Below, piece after piece: positions 28,995 to 63,539 of a stretch of DNA of 64,000 nucleotides (positions are counted from its first letter, which is position 1; each line of letters starts with the position of its first letter). The notes under the pieces were generated by a model. The model was given only the letters and a program-made list of their open reading frames with translations, was not told the origin of the DNA and did not search any database. Source of the DNA: an uncultured Acidobacteriota bacterium (lineage in GTDB: Bacteria; Acidobacteriota; Thermoanaerobaculia; Multivoradales; UBA5704); NCBI GenBank assembly GCA_963770895.1, contig CAVYRF010000002.1:3360001-3424000 (forward strand), given 5' to 3'. The translations under genes and the position numbers were made by a program.

Positions 28995-29957
28995 TCAGGC
29001 TGGCGCGGAGGCGAACGGGCGCAAGGCATCGGCATCGAGCGCCTCGTTGCGGTACATGAAGAAGCCCGCGCGGTGAATGCCTACCGCGCGGCCCGATTCC
29101 AGCGAGAAGATCGGCGATCCCGAGCTGCCCCCCGTGGTCGAACAATCATGAAACAGATCAGGGGCTTGGGTACCGTCTAGCGACTCTCCCAAGGCGGCAC
29201 GTTTGACGCCAAACCTTCCCTGGTAGACGGCCGACAAGAAGAGCGGATTGCGACCTGCATCCGCGGCAGGGTAACCGACCGCGACGACGCGGTGCCCCGC
29301 TTCGACGGCTGCCGGCGCGATGTCGACGACGGGCCGGCCGAGCTTACGTACGGCGAGCAGGACGATGTCGAGATGCGGATGGATCGCGGCCACATCCTCG
29401 ATCTCGACGGTATGCTCAGGTGCGTCAGTCGATTTTTCCTCGCGTTGAAAGAGTACGCGGGCCTGCCCGGGTTCGAGCTTTTCAGCGCCGAAGCTCAGGT
29501 CGTCCAAGACGTGCCGGTTGGTGGCGAGCACTCCGTCCTGCACCAGGAAACCGCTACCGACCTGGTTGCCGTCCGCGCTCTCGATCCGGCCGATGGAGTA
29601 AAGCAGCGGCTGGATTTTCTTGCGGAAGGCGCTCCACAAGTCCTTGAGCTCGGGCGGCTGCAGATTGTGTTCCGGCGTGTCCGGCAGGTCGTCCAGCATG
29701 CCTCCATGGGAGAGCGGTGCCGGACGCAGGACGCGAATGACGATTTCCAGGGCGGCCAACTGGGTGGCGGAAGGCGCTACGCCGTTGCGCAGCTGGTCCC
29801 ATGCGGCCTGCGCGGCCACTTCGCTGGCGGGAATCGTGACCGGTCCGATGATGGCGCGCGTTTTCTTGAGCGCCTGGGAAATCTGGTGCGGTCCCAGCGC
29901 CCGATCGGCGCGGGCGAGAAGAAGCTGCTCCCTGGTGGTGAGCGGCAGGGCGTTCAC
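28995..29957 (-). CDS. Cytoplasmic trypsin-like serine protease
   Basis: VGSGFLV, ATNRHV (His), HLDIVLL (Asp) and HDCSTTGGSSGSP (Ser); GTG start overlaps the upstream stop (GTGA); no signal peptide. Confidence 0.9.
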   Translation of the reverse strand: MNALPLTTREQLLLARADRALGPHQISQALKKTRAIIGPVTIPASEVAAQAAWDQLRNGVAPSATQLAALEIVIRVLRPAPLSHGGMLDDLPDTPEHNLQPPELKDLWSAFRKKIQPLLYSIGRIESADGNQVGSGFLVQDGVLATNRHVLDDLSFGAEKLEPGQARVLFQREEKSTDAPEHTVEIEDVAAIHPHLDIVLLAVRKLGRPVVDIAPAAVEAGHRVVAVGYPAADAGRNPLFLSAVYQGRFGVKRAALGESLDGTQAPDLFHDCSTTGGSSGSPIFSLESGRAVGIHRAGFFMYRNEALDADALRPFASAPA

Positions 29958-31252
29958 GCCACCAACTCGCGCTCGTAGATGACTCGCCCCTCGGGGTCGA
30001 GGACCTGCTCGGCGAGCCGCGGTCCGTCGAGCGTGAGGATGGCATAACCGTGCGGCAGGAACTTCTCCGCTTCGTCGCCGAGATAGGGGTTGCGGCCTTC
30101 GAGCACGAGCGCGGCCGGGATCGGGTTGCCGTTGCCGTCCAGCTTCGCCGCGGCTCGTCGCCAGTCCGCCGCGGTCTGATCCGGCGCGGCCGGCAGCTCT
30201 TTGGTTGTGGCCCGGCTTTCGGGCATCCCGCCGTGGCCGATGCAGCGCGCCCAGATGCCGGATCGCGGGTCGCATTCCTCGTAGAGGCAGCAGCGATGCT
30301 CGTGTCCCCAATACCAGGCGAAGATGCGCCGGCTGGCGAGGATCTCGGCGAAGCGCGGGTGTTGCCACAGCTTGTCGCCCTGGGCGTCAAACTGCGAGTA
30401 GAGCTGGTGATGGGAGAAGAGCACGACCTTGCGGTTTTCCGCCTGCGCGAGAATCGCTTGCAGCCAGGCCACCTGTTCGTCGTCGATCGCATGATCCAGG
30501 TACGCCACATCGAGCCCCACCAGGGTCCAGTGATCGTTCTGCAGGGCGAAATAGCTCGCATCCTGGTGAAAGGCTGCCAGGGTGTCGTCGAAGTAGGCGT
30601 AGCCGCCGGAGTACATGTCGTGGTTCGAGTTGAGCGCCCGCTGCAGCGCGTCATCGCGGGCCGGCCACAGATCGAGGAAGCGCTCCCGAACCTCCTTCCT
30701 GGTGCCGGCGTAATAGACATCTCCCAGGTGGAGCAGCAGGGCGAACGGATTCTTGTCGTCGCGGATGGCCCGTGCGATCTGCGGCGCGCCGTAGAGTCCC
30801 GTCCCCCAATCGCCGACGACCACGATACGCCCGAAGTTGGGAAAGGCCGCAGGTGCGGACCGGCTCGGCCGCAGCAGAGGGTGCTTGCGCGGGTTCCTGA
30901 TCTTAGCCCAGGCGACCGTCGCCCACCCTGGCCAGTCATGGGTGTCGAACTTTGCCTCCATGCCGCCGCCGGGGAGGGGTTCGAGGCGCAGTTGGGCCGC
31001 CTCGCCGGAAGCGAGGAGGCTCTGCAGGCGCGATGACGGCCCGTGCTGGGCGGTGACCAGAACGGCGTCGCTGCCCGCCCGGCGTTCCGCCTTGCCAAGT
31101 TCGGTCAGGATGGAGCCGAGGGTCGCCATGGCGACGGCGGCTTCGAGGCCGTCGTCGGCCGCTCTTTCGACGACAACCGATTCCGCGCTCGTGAGAGCTT
31201 TTTTCACCTCGCGGAAAGTGACGATGACAGGTGCCGAAGATGAGTCTGACAT
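29954..31252 (-). CDS. Calcineurin-like metallophosphoesterase with ~135-aa N-terminal extension
   Basis: GDWG, LGDVYY, SNHD, FSHH and WGHEH metal-binding motifs; TAAGG RBS. Confidence 0.9.
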   Translation of the reverse strand: MSDSSSAPVIVTFREVKKALTSAESVVVERAADDGLEAAVAMATLGSILTELGKAERRAGSDAVLVTAQHGPSSRLQSLLASGEAAQLRLEPLPGGGMEAKFDTHDWPGWATVAWAKIRNPRKHPLLRPSRSAPAAFPNFGRIVVVGDWGTGLYGAPQIARAIRDDKNPFALLLHLGDVYYAGTRKEVRERFLDLWPARDDALQRALNSNHDMYSGGYAYFDDTLAAFHQDASYFALQNDHWTLVGLDVAYLDHAIDDEQVAWLQAILAQAENRKVVLFSHHQLYSQFDAQGDKLWQHPRFAEILASRRIFAWYWGHEHRCCLYEECDPRSGIWARCIGHGGMPESRATTKELPAAPDQTAADWRRAAAKLDGNGNPIPAALVLEGRNPYLGDEAEKFLPHGYAILTLDGPRLAEQVLDPEGRVIYERELVA

Positions 31253-31261
31253 CGCAGTACC

Positions 31262-31615
31262 TTAGCGGAGGCTCGCGTTCTGCGCAACGATATTGCCCGA
31301 GACCAATGGATGGCGATGCCCGTTCGCGTGCCCGGACTTCAGCGGGCGAGGGCGGGGTAGCTGTCGAACCAGCGGCGGGGGCGGATGACGATGGCCGGCG
31401 CGAAGCTCCACGCCTGTGCTCAAGGGGCCGTAGGCGGCGGAGAGGATGCCGTCGCTGTGGCCGCCGGCGAAACGCAGGCGGGCTTCGATGTCGGCTTTGC
31501 CCGAGGTGACGGCGAGGTTGTCGATGGCGACGTAGCCGTTGCCGAGCGTCAGCTCGCCGCTCGCGTCGATGGGGTGGAGGTCGAGCAGGGGTCGAGCCAG
31601 GAGAGAGGCGGCCAC
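31262..31615 (-). pseudogene. Possible gene fragment (beta-rich, AsmA-like C-terminus)
   Basis: Short coding-like stretch [24 protein letters not shown]..; no clear start; tail looks non-coding. Confidence 0.3.
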
Positions 31616-31790
31616 GAGGCGCCAGCCGGCGGCGCGGCGGATGGGTGCTCAAAGACTGCCGCGACGCCCGGCATGCTGGCGAAGGAAAAAAGAACGGGCG
31701 GCGAAGGCTGGTCGAAGACAGGTCGGGCGCGCAGGGCCATTCTTCTTGGGCATTGGAACTGGATCCCGTGTCCACCAAGGAGAGTGGCCT

Positions 31791-33122
31791 ATGAATACCT
31801 CCCGTCCTCACACGATCGTCGACCCGAGCCCGTCCCAATGCCGGCCCAGGAGAGGTGGTCTCACGGTGGTCACGATTGCCGCGTCCTTGCTTCTGCCGCT
31901 CGCGAGCTGGGCCCGCGCAGACGTGCCGCCCGGACTCGTCTATACCCCGGTTCCGCCGTGCGTTCTGGTCCGCACCGCTGGGTCGCCGGCAGGTAGGATG
32001 GCAGCTGACGAGACTCGCGAGTTCCTGGCGCGCGGGGCGACGAGCCTCTCAGCGCAGGGCGGAACGGCCTCCGGCTGTGGAATCCCGGACGACGCTGCTG
32101 TCCTGTCGGTGTCGCTTCGCGTCGCCAATGCGGCGGGCGCCGGGCAGCTCAAGGCGTGGGCGAGCGATCAGGCGGAGCCACCAACGGTCCTGGTGGATTA
32201 CGCCTCCGGGGGCACCGGGATCAGCATTCCTGCGACCGTCGAATTGTGTTCGGCAAGCTGTGCGGCAGATTTCGAGATCAAGACCGTGAAGAGCGGCGCC
32301 CAGGTGCGCGTGGATGTCGTTGGGTACTTCGCCCCCGGCGCGACCGGCGCACAAGGGCCACCCGGCCTTCCGGGCACGACCGGTCCGCAGGGTCCCCCGG
32401 GTTCGCCAGGCCTCCCTGGTGCGCCAGGTCTCCAGGGACCGCCGGGGCCGATGGGACCCGTCGGCCCGCAAGGCCCACAGGGACCGCAAGGCGTCTCTGC
32501 GCCGGGTGGCGTGCGAGTGTTCACCGCTTCCCAATGCAGCAGCGGCTGCACGCTTGTGGTCCCCGCCGGAGTCGGCCAGGTGGTCGTCGAGGCCTGGGGA
32601 GCCGGTGGTGGAGGTGGTGGCGCCATCACCAGCAGCGGTAGTGGCGATGGCGGCGGGGGCGGCCAGGGCGCGCATCTGCGCGGAACGCTGACCGTACAGC
32701 CCGGTGACTCGCTCCAGGTCGTGGTCGGGGCTCACGGTGGCGGCGGAGTGGGCTACAGCGGCGGCACGACGTTCACCCTGGCAAACGGCACCGACGGAGG
32801 TAGCACCACCTTGTCCGTGAACGGCGGCTCGGCGCTCAACGCGGGCGGCGGTAAGGCTGGAACTGCGGCATCGGTCCAGGGCTTGAGCGTCGTCGACGGT
32901 GCCGGCGGACTCGGGGGCTCCCCGAACCAGGTGCTGGGTCTCGCTTTGGTGCAAGATATCGGCGCGGAGGGTGGAACCATTATCGTTTTCCTCCCGGGCG
33001 GCAATCCGGGGCTGGCGGGAAGCGGCGGAGCAGGAGGCTTCATCGAGACCTTTCTGGGACTGACCGTTGTCAACGGCGGCGACGGCGTCGACGGCCTGTT
33101 CATCGTCGCGATGTCGCCGTAG
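31791..33122 (+). CDS. Secreted collagen-like protein: PPC-type N-domain, 18 Gly-X-Y triplets, glycine-rich C-domain
   Basis: AAGGAG RBS; signal ending ARA; YTPVPPC..CGIP..DVVGYF domain; GXY run 32337-32498; [16 protein letters not shown]. Confidence 0.85.
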   Translation: MNTSRPHTIVDPSPSQCRPRRGGLTVVTIAASLLLPLASWARADVPPGLVYTPVPPCVLVRTAGSPAGRMAADETREFLARGATSLSAQGGTASGCGIPDDAAVLSVSLRVANAAGAGQLKAWASDQAEPPTVLVDYASGGTGISIPATVELCSASCAADFEIKTVKSGAQVRVDVVGYFAPGATGAQGPPGLPGTTGPQGPPGSPGLPGAPGLQGPPGPMGPVGPQGPQGPQGVSAPGGVRVFTASQCSSGCTLVVPAGVGQVVVEAWGAGGGGGGAITSSGSGDGGGGGQGAHLRGTLTVQPGDSLQVVVGAHGGGGVGYSGGTTFTLANGTDGGSTTLSVNGGSALNAGGGKAGTAASVQGLSVVDGAGGLGGSPNQVLGLALVQDIGAEGGTIIVFLPGGNPGLAGSGGAGGFIETFLGLTVVNGGDGVDGLFIVAMSP

Positions 33123-33251
33123 CACGATGCAGAAACAACCCCTGAGGTCGCGGCGATCTCGCCGATGGGCGTGGAGGGCATCGCGGACGGGACGGCCAGG
33201 AGCGTATCGTCGGGCTCAGCGCCATGCGCGTTTGAGAAAGGGAGAATTGCC

Positions 33252-33398
33252 ATGAAGAAGCCCGTAAGGATGCTGTCTCTGCGCCGCGAAGTCGTACAAC
33301 TTCTCACCCGTCCGGAGGTGCTCCGGTTGCCGATCGGGGGCATGGGCAGCACGGTCCATACGGCCACCGGCTACCTATACAGCTGCGGGTGCCCGTAG
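33252..33398 (+). CDS. Putative RiPP (lanthipeptide-like) precursor, 48 aa
   Basis: GGGAG RBS; leader MKKPVRMLSLRREVVQLL, double-Gly, Ser/Thr/Cys-containing core MGSTVHTATGYLYSCGCP. Confidence 0.65.
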   Translation: MKKPVRMLSLRREVVQLLTRPEVLRLPIGGMGSTVHTATGYLYSCGCP

Positions 33399-33544
33399 AG
33401 CAGTGAGCTGCGCCGCGGCGGCGGCCGGAAGTGCGGCGGCGGGCCGCCGGGCTGCTGGCGGCCACCTCGCTGTCTTGGTTACGCGAGGTGGCCGCCCGTC
33501 ACCTTTCATAACTCCGGCTGCGGCGGCGAGGCTCATTGATCGCC

Positions 33545-33805
33545 ATGGGAACGGTCGCCTTGGGGGTGGCCGTCGCGGCGGCGCTGGTCGCGGCGGCGGT
33601 GCCGGTGCTCTGCGCCCAGCCTCTGCCGGCGGCGATTTGGCTACCACTGGGGCGGCGTCAGCTCGCTCGTCAGGGGACGGCTCACCAGTTGGCCGCCGGG
33701 GGACGCGCTGCCCAGCGGCACGGTCACCGGGCTCGCTCGCGACGGCAGGGGGGAGATCTGGGCGTCGACGACGACCGGCCTTGCGCGGTTCCGCGGCGGG
33801 CGCGC
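33545..33805 (+). pseudogene. Frameshifted N-terminal remnant of a two-component sensor beta-propeller protein
   Basis: Signal peptide MGTVALGVAVAAALVAAA, then in another frame GYHWGGVSSLVRGRLTSW..LPSGTVTGLARDGRGEIWASTTTGLARFRGG. Confidence 0.6.
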
Positions 33806-33852
33806 TTATCGGCGGCGCGCGTCCGCGCATGGTGGAGCGGCCTTTTGCCCGT

Positions 33853-35394
33853 TCAGCGCTTCAAGGTCTGGTCGTAGAACTGCGCCAGGTCGGCCTTCAG
33901 CTGGGTGAGCGCCTCGGGATGAAGGTAAATCATGTGGCCGGACTGGTAGTAGCCCCAATGGAGATTCTTCGCAAGGCTCGGATCGAGTCCCATGTGACCG
34001 ACGGTGTACTCCGTCTCGAAAAACGGCGTGGCGAAATCGAAGTAGCCGTTGGCGAAGAAGACATGGAGCCCCGGGTTGCGGCTCAGCGCCTGGCGCAGGT
34101 CCTCGGCCACATCCGGCATTGCGGCGCGTCCCATATCAGTGCGGTGACGGTCGTCCCAGTTGCCGCCAATCTCCTGAAAGTTGTTCTCGCGGTAGAGATC
34201 CTCGGTCTCGAACTTGAGATCGCCTCGCAGATAGGCGTTGAAGGCGCCCACGAAGGCCGGGGCGATGGACTGGTCGGCGGCATCGTACTCCGTGGCCTCG
34301 CCCGCGGCGTCGTGGTCGATGCCCTTGAACCGTGCGTCGAGCTGGCCGATCGTGCGCCGCTCGCTGCGCAGCAGCTCCTTCTCGAAGCGAGCAGGACTGA
34401 TGCGCAGGTTGGCGTTGCGGAGAAACGCGATCGGCAGGCCGGTGTAGCGGTGGAGCTTCTCCGCGGTCGCGGCAGCCACGCTCTCGCTGATGTGATCCCC
34501 GGCGGCGAGAGCCTGGAGGTACTCGCCGAGCGCAAAGCCGCGGACTTCGGCCAGGAAGGCCGGCAGATCGGCGGGCTGCGGGTCGAGCCGCTTGTGGTAC
34601 CAGGCGGCCGCGGCCATGGTGGGTAGATAGAGCGCATACGGAGTGTCGCTCGAGAACGGTGGGCCGTTGAAGTCGTCCCACGCGTTGAGGTACGACGAGA
34701 CCATCACCACGCCGTTGAACGCGACGCCGGAATCGAGCAGACGGTTGAGCAGGCCAGCGGCGCGGGTCGTTCCGTAGGATTCGCCGAGCAGGAACTTCGG
34801 CGAATTCCAGCGGCCGTTCTGGCTCACCCAGCGCTGGATGAACTGGGCAAACGCCGCGATGTCCGCGTCCGTGCCGTAGAAGTCCTTGCCCTCCCCTTTG
34901 CCGATGATGCGCGAGAAGCCGGTGCCCATGGCGTCGATGAACACCAGATCCGTCTTGTCGAGCAGGGTCGAGGCATTCTCGGCCACGGTGTAGGGCGGCG
35001 GCGGCGAAGGCGCGCCGTCGGTCGTCACCACGCGCACCGGACTGAACGAGCCCATGTGAAGCCAGATCGACGAGGAACCCGGTCCGCCATTGAAGCAGAA
35101 GGTCACGGGCCGCGCTTTCGCGTCCCGGCCGTCTGCCGTGTAGGCGACCGAGAACATCCGTCCGATCGGCTCATCCTTGTCGTTCTTGAGCTCGATGGTG
35201 CCCGCCGTCGCCGTGTAGTTGATCGCGGTTCCGCCGACGGAAATGTGGTGATGGGTCTGCGATGGCTTCGGGGCCTCCGACTTTTTCTCATCCGCGGCCT
35301 TGTCGTCTTTCTTTTCGGGCTCCGCGGCCGTCGCCACGGCCGCCACGATCAGCCACGCTCCACACGCCAGCGCCCAACGCTTGTCGATCCTCAC
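33853..35394 (-). CDS. Peptidase S10 serine carboxypeptidase, secreted (copy 2)
   Basis: Same motifs as copy 1; one visible amino-acid difference in the signal region (AVAAA vs AVATA). Confidence 0.92.
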   Translation of the reverse strand: MRIDKRWALACGAWLIVAAVATAAEPEKKDDKAADEKKSEAPKPSQTHHHISVGGTAINYTATAGTIELKNDKDEPIGRMFSVAYTADGRDAKARPVTFCFNGGPGSSSIWLHMGSFSPVRVVTTDGAPSPPPPYTVAENASTLLDKTDLVFIDAMGTGFSRIIGKGEGKDFYGTDADIAAFAQFIQRWVSQNGRWNSPKFLLGESYGTTRAAGLLNRLLDSGVAFNGVVMVSSYLNAWDDFNGPPFSSDTPYALYLPTMAAAAWYHKRLDPQPADLPAFLAEVRGFALGEYLQALAAGDHISESVAAATAEKLHRYTGLPIAFLRNANLRISPARFEKELLRSERRTIGQLDARFKGIDHDAAGEATEYDAADQSIAPAFVGAFNAYLRGDLKFETEDLYRENNFQEIGGNWDDRHRTDMGRAAMPDVAEDLRQALSRNPGLHVFFANGYFDFATPFFETEYTVGHMGLDPSLAKNLHWGYYQSGHMIYLHPEALTQLKADLAQFYDQTLKR

Positions 35395-35629
35395 GCTCGT
35401 GCCTCCTCGATCTGTGTCCGTGCGACCGGAGAGGCCGCAGCGGTCCTGCCCGCGCCAAGTCCCACCGATCCGGGTTCCTGCCGAGTCAGGAACGATATCT
35501 CGTGCTGCCTGCTTCGGGGGTCGGGACACAGCTGCAGCCTGCACGATATACGACCGGCCACGCTGACGGGTTGCAGCCGCGAGCCGCCCGCTGTCCGCCT
35601 GCGCCGATTGGGCACCGCGGCGGGTGGCC
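33853..35629. repeat. Copy 2 of the ~1.78-kb direct repeat
   Basis: Matches 4448-6224. Confidence 0.95.
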
Positions 35630-35697
35630 CCGCAAACCGTTCGCTGTCGCCGGCCGAGCGGCAGAAGATGGCGGCGCTGCTGGCGGTGCCGGTTCCG

Positions 35698-36717
35698 TCA
35701 GGCGGCTGAGGCTGGCGCAGCTGGGCAGGGGGATTTGCGGCCGATCACCAGGCCGAAAATGTCGGCGCGCCTTTCGAGGTCGAGGAAGCCGGCGGCGGTG
35801 AGAAGTTCCTCCACGTCGCCGTAGCTGGGCTGCCAGGTGTCGCGCCCCATGAAAAAGGCGTGGAAGACCGGTTCGATGTTGCCGGTCCAGTCGTCTTCGA
35901 AATAGGTCTCCTTGACCAGGATGGTGCCCCCCGGCTCAAGCGCCTGGTGGATCTTGGTCAGGATGGCCAGGTCCTGCTCCGGCGTCCAATTGTGGATGAT
36001 GTTTGACAGCAGCGCCACGTCGGCGCCCCGCGGCAGGTCGTCGATGAAGAAATCGCCGGCCACGAAGCGGACGTCGTCGCCGTCGCCGGCTTCCCGTATG
36101 CAGCGCCAGGCGAACTCTTCGGCCTTGGGCTGGTCGAAGAGGATGCAGCGCAGGTGCGGGTTATGGCGGCGCACGCCGAGCGAGATGCCGCCCGACGCGC
36201 CGGCGACGTCGAGCAGCACGCGGTGCCCCTTGAACGAATAGAGCTGCGCCAGCTGCTCGCCCCAGATGATGCGGCGGACGTTGACGTCGATGAAGTGATC
36301 TTCGTCGGACAACCGTTCGTAGCCATCGGTGGTCGGCGGATCGAGCAGCAGCGCCAGCAACTTCTCGCGCGACAGGTTGAACTTGAAGACCGCCTGCAGC
36401 TCTTCGAAATCGCGATCGTCGGCGAGCAGGAATGGGCCGATCTGCGGCGCGTTGGCCAGCTGCTTGTCGCGATAGACGAGCAGCCCTTCGCGGCACAGGA
36501 ACTGCGCCATGACGCGCGCCGACCAGACCGGCAGCGCGAGCATGGCGGCCAGCTCTTCCACGGTGGCGCGGCGGCCGGCCGGCTTTTGGAATACGCCCAT
36601 GTCGATGGCTACGGCCAGCATCGTGCTGGTCATCTTGCCGGCGGCCAGCGCCCGCACGCGATCCATGAAAAGCGCTTGGTCCAGGTTTCGCGCCAGCTTG
36701 TTGGAGTCGATGGTCAT
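35698..36717 (-). CDS. SAM-dependent methyltransferase (O-methyltransferase family 2 with dimerisation domain)
   Basis: LLDVAGASG, LFDQP, FVAGDFF and LSNIIHNW; divergent from the biosynthetic operon. Confidence 0.88.
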   Translation of the reverse strand: MTIDSNKLARNLDQALFMDRVRALAAGKMTSTMLAVAIDMGVFQKPAGRRATVEELAAMLALPVWSARVMAQFLCREGLLVYRDKQLANAPQIGPFLLADDRDFEELQAVFKFNLSREKLLALLLDPPTTDGYERLSDEDHFIDVNVRRIIWGEQLAQLYSFKGHRVLLDVAGASGGISLGVRRHNPHLRCILFDQPKAEEFAWRCIREAGDGDDVRFVAGDFFIDDLPRGADVALLSNIIHNWTPEQDLAILTKIHQALEPGGTILVKETYFEDDWTGNIEPVFHAFFMGRDTWQPSYGDVEELLTAAGFLDLERRADIFGLVIGRKSPCPAAPASAA

Positions 36718-37021
36718 GGACGGATCGCCTTTTCTTGCGCACCCTGCGTCCTCGGCCTGCCGGGCACGCACCGGTTGTTGGAGCTCAGCACGGGGGCGCG
36801 ACCGCGCCGGGCTGGACGGATCGCATCGTTGGTCCTCAGGCACATGTGTGCGCCGGCCACACCCGCGCCTTGCGGCGAGACCGCAAGCGCCAGGCATAGC
36901 CCGCCCGTTAATGAGTGTGCTCTAGCTTAAGGAAAAGAGACAGGCGGCGATGAATCTCCGGGCGCCCCTGCCGTGGCCATACGGGGTTGGGGCATTCGCA
37001 GCATCTCATTAATAGACATAC

Positions 37022-37049
37022 TTGACAAACAACAAAATGTAACTATATT
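37022..37049 (+). promoter_or_regulatory. Putative sigma70 promoter of the NRPS/PKS operon (TTGACA-N16-TATATT)
   Basis: Consensus -35 in a sharply AT-rich patch about 50 bp upstream of the desaturase start. Confidence 0.6.
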
Positions 37050-37096
37050 TAGATGCGTAAGTGAGAATAGAAGTTAGAAAGTTGGAGGTGACTTCG

Positions 37097-38029
37097 ATGC
37101 TGACCATAGGCAAGCCGCTCGCCGATATGAACTTGAGCGAGTTGGGCCACGTGAGAATCGCTCCTTTCCTGCTGCGCCTGGCGATCTGCATCGCTCTTGC
37201 GGCCGGAGCCATGGCGCTGATCCTGACCTCGCACGGCTGGCTGACCGCCGTCGGGATCGTCGCGCTGGGGCTGATCTATGCGCATGCCGTCGAGCTGCAG
37301 CACCAGGCCCTGCACAACACCGCCCTGCCCAGCAAGAGCTGGAATCGCATCGTCGGCTTCCTCCTCGGCCTGCCGATGCTGGTCTCGTATTCGGACTATC
37401 AATACAGCCATCTGCGCCATCACCGGCTGTTGGGCACCAAAGACGATCGTGAGTTCTTCAACTACGGTTACGACCATCTGACGTCGCTGAAACCGCTGGT
37501 CCTGCACCTGCTGATGGCGCGCCACTACCGCGACGTCACCGTGTTCATCGCCCAATCGCTGGTCGGTCGCACCAAGCAGTCGATCACCAAGCGCGACTCC
37601 GCCGAACACGTGCGCGCCGAATACCAGTTGATGGCCGTCTTTCTTGCCACCATGGCGGCGATCACGATCTATGCCCACACCGGGCTGTTCCTCAAGGTCT
37701 GGCTGCTCCCCCTGCTGATCGCGGTGCCGGCGCACGCCTTGATCGAGCTGCCGGAGCACTGGGGGCGCGATCACGGCACGCTCGACGTGGTGACCAACAC
37801 CCGCACCATCCGCGCCAGCTGGCTCGGCTACTGGTTTACCAACGGCAACAACTACCACATCGAGCACCACTGGCTGCCGGCGGTGCCCAACGACCGCTTC
37901 CCCGAGGTGCACGGCAGGATCGCCGACCAGATCCAGGTCGACACCTATCCGGGGTTCTATTGGCGCTTCCTCCAGGAGCTGTTCCGCAACACTTTCTCAA
38001 GCCGCGGCGAAGCGGAAAAGCTCGCCTGA
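37097..38029 (+). CDS. Membrane fatty acid desaturase family protein
   Basis: His boxes HQALH, HLRHH and HIEHH; TM segments; GGAGGTG RBS. Confidence 0.9.
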   Translation: MLTIGKPLADMNLSELGHVRIAPFLLRLAICIALAAGAMALILTSHGWLTAVGIVALGLIYAHAVELQHQALHNTALPSKSWNRIVGFLLGLPMLVSYSDYQYSHLRHHRLLGTKDDREFFNYGYDHLTSLKPLVLHLLMARHYRDVTVFIAQSLVGRTKQSITKRDSAEHVRAEYQLMAVFLATMAAITIYAHTGLFLKVWLLPLLIAVPAHALIELPEHWGRDHGTLDVVTNTRTIRASWLGYWFTNGNNYHIEHHWLPAVPNDRFPEVHGRIADQIQVDTYPGFYWRFLQELFRNTFSSRGEAEKLA

Positions 38030-38044
38030 CGGCGGGTCTTGATC

Positions 38045-63519
<25,475 letters not shown>

Positions 63520-63539
63520 CGGCCCGCGCTGGAGGAACC

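Noticed and set aside
29958-30368. Extended 457-aa version of the trypsin ORF
   Set aside because: Overlaps the phosphoesterase in another frame; the GTGA-coupled start at 29957 is more plausible
26365-31790. Gasdermin, CHAT or STAND NTPase partner for the caspase and trypsin
   Set aside because: No such ORF or Walker motif is visible in or beside the operon
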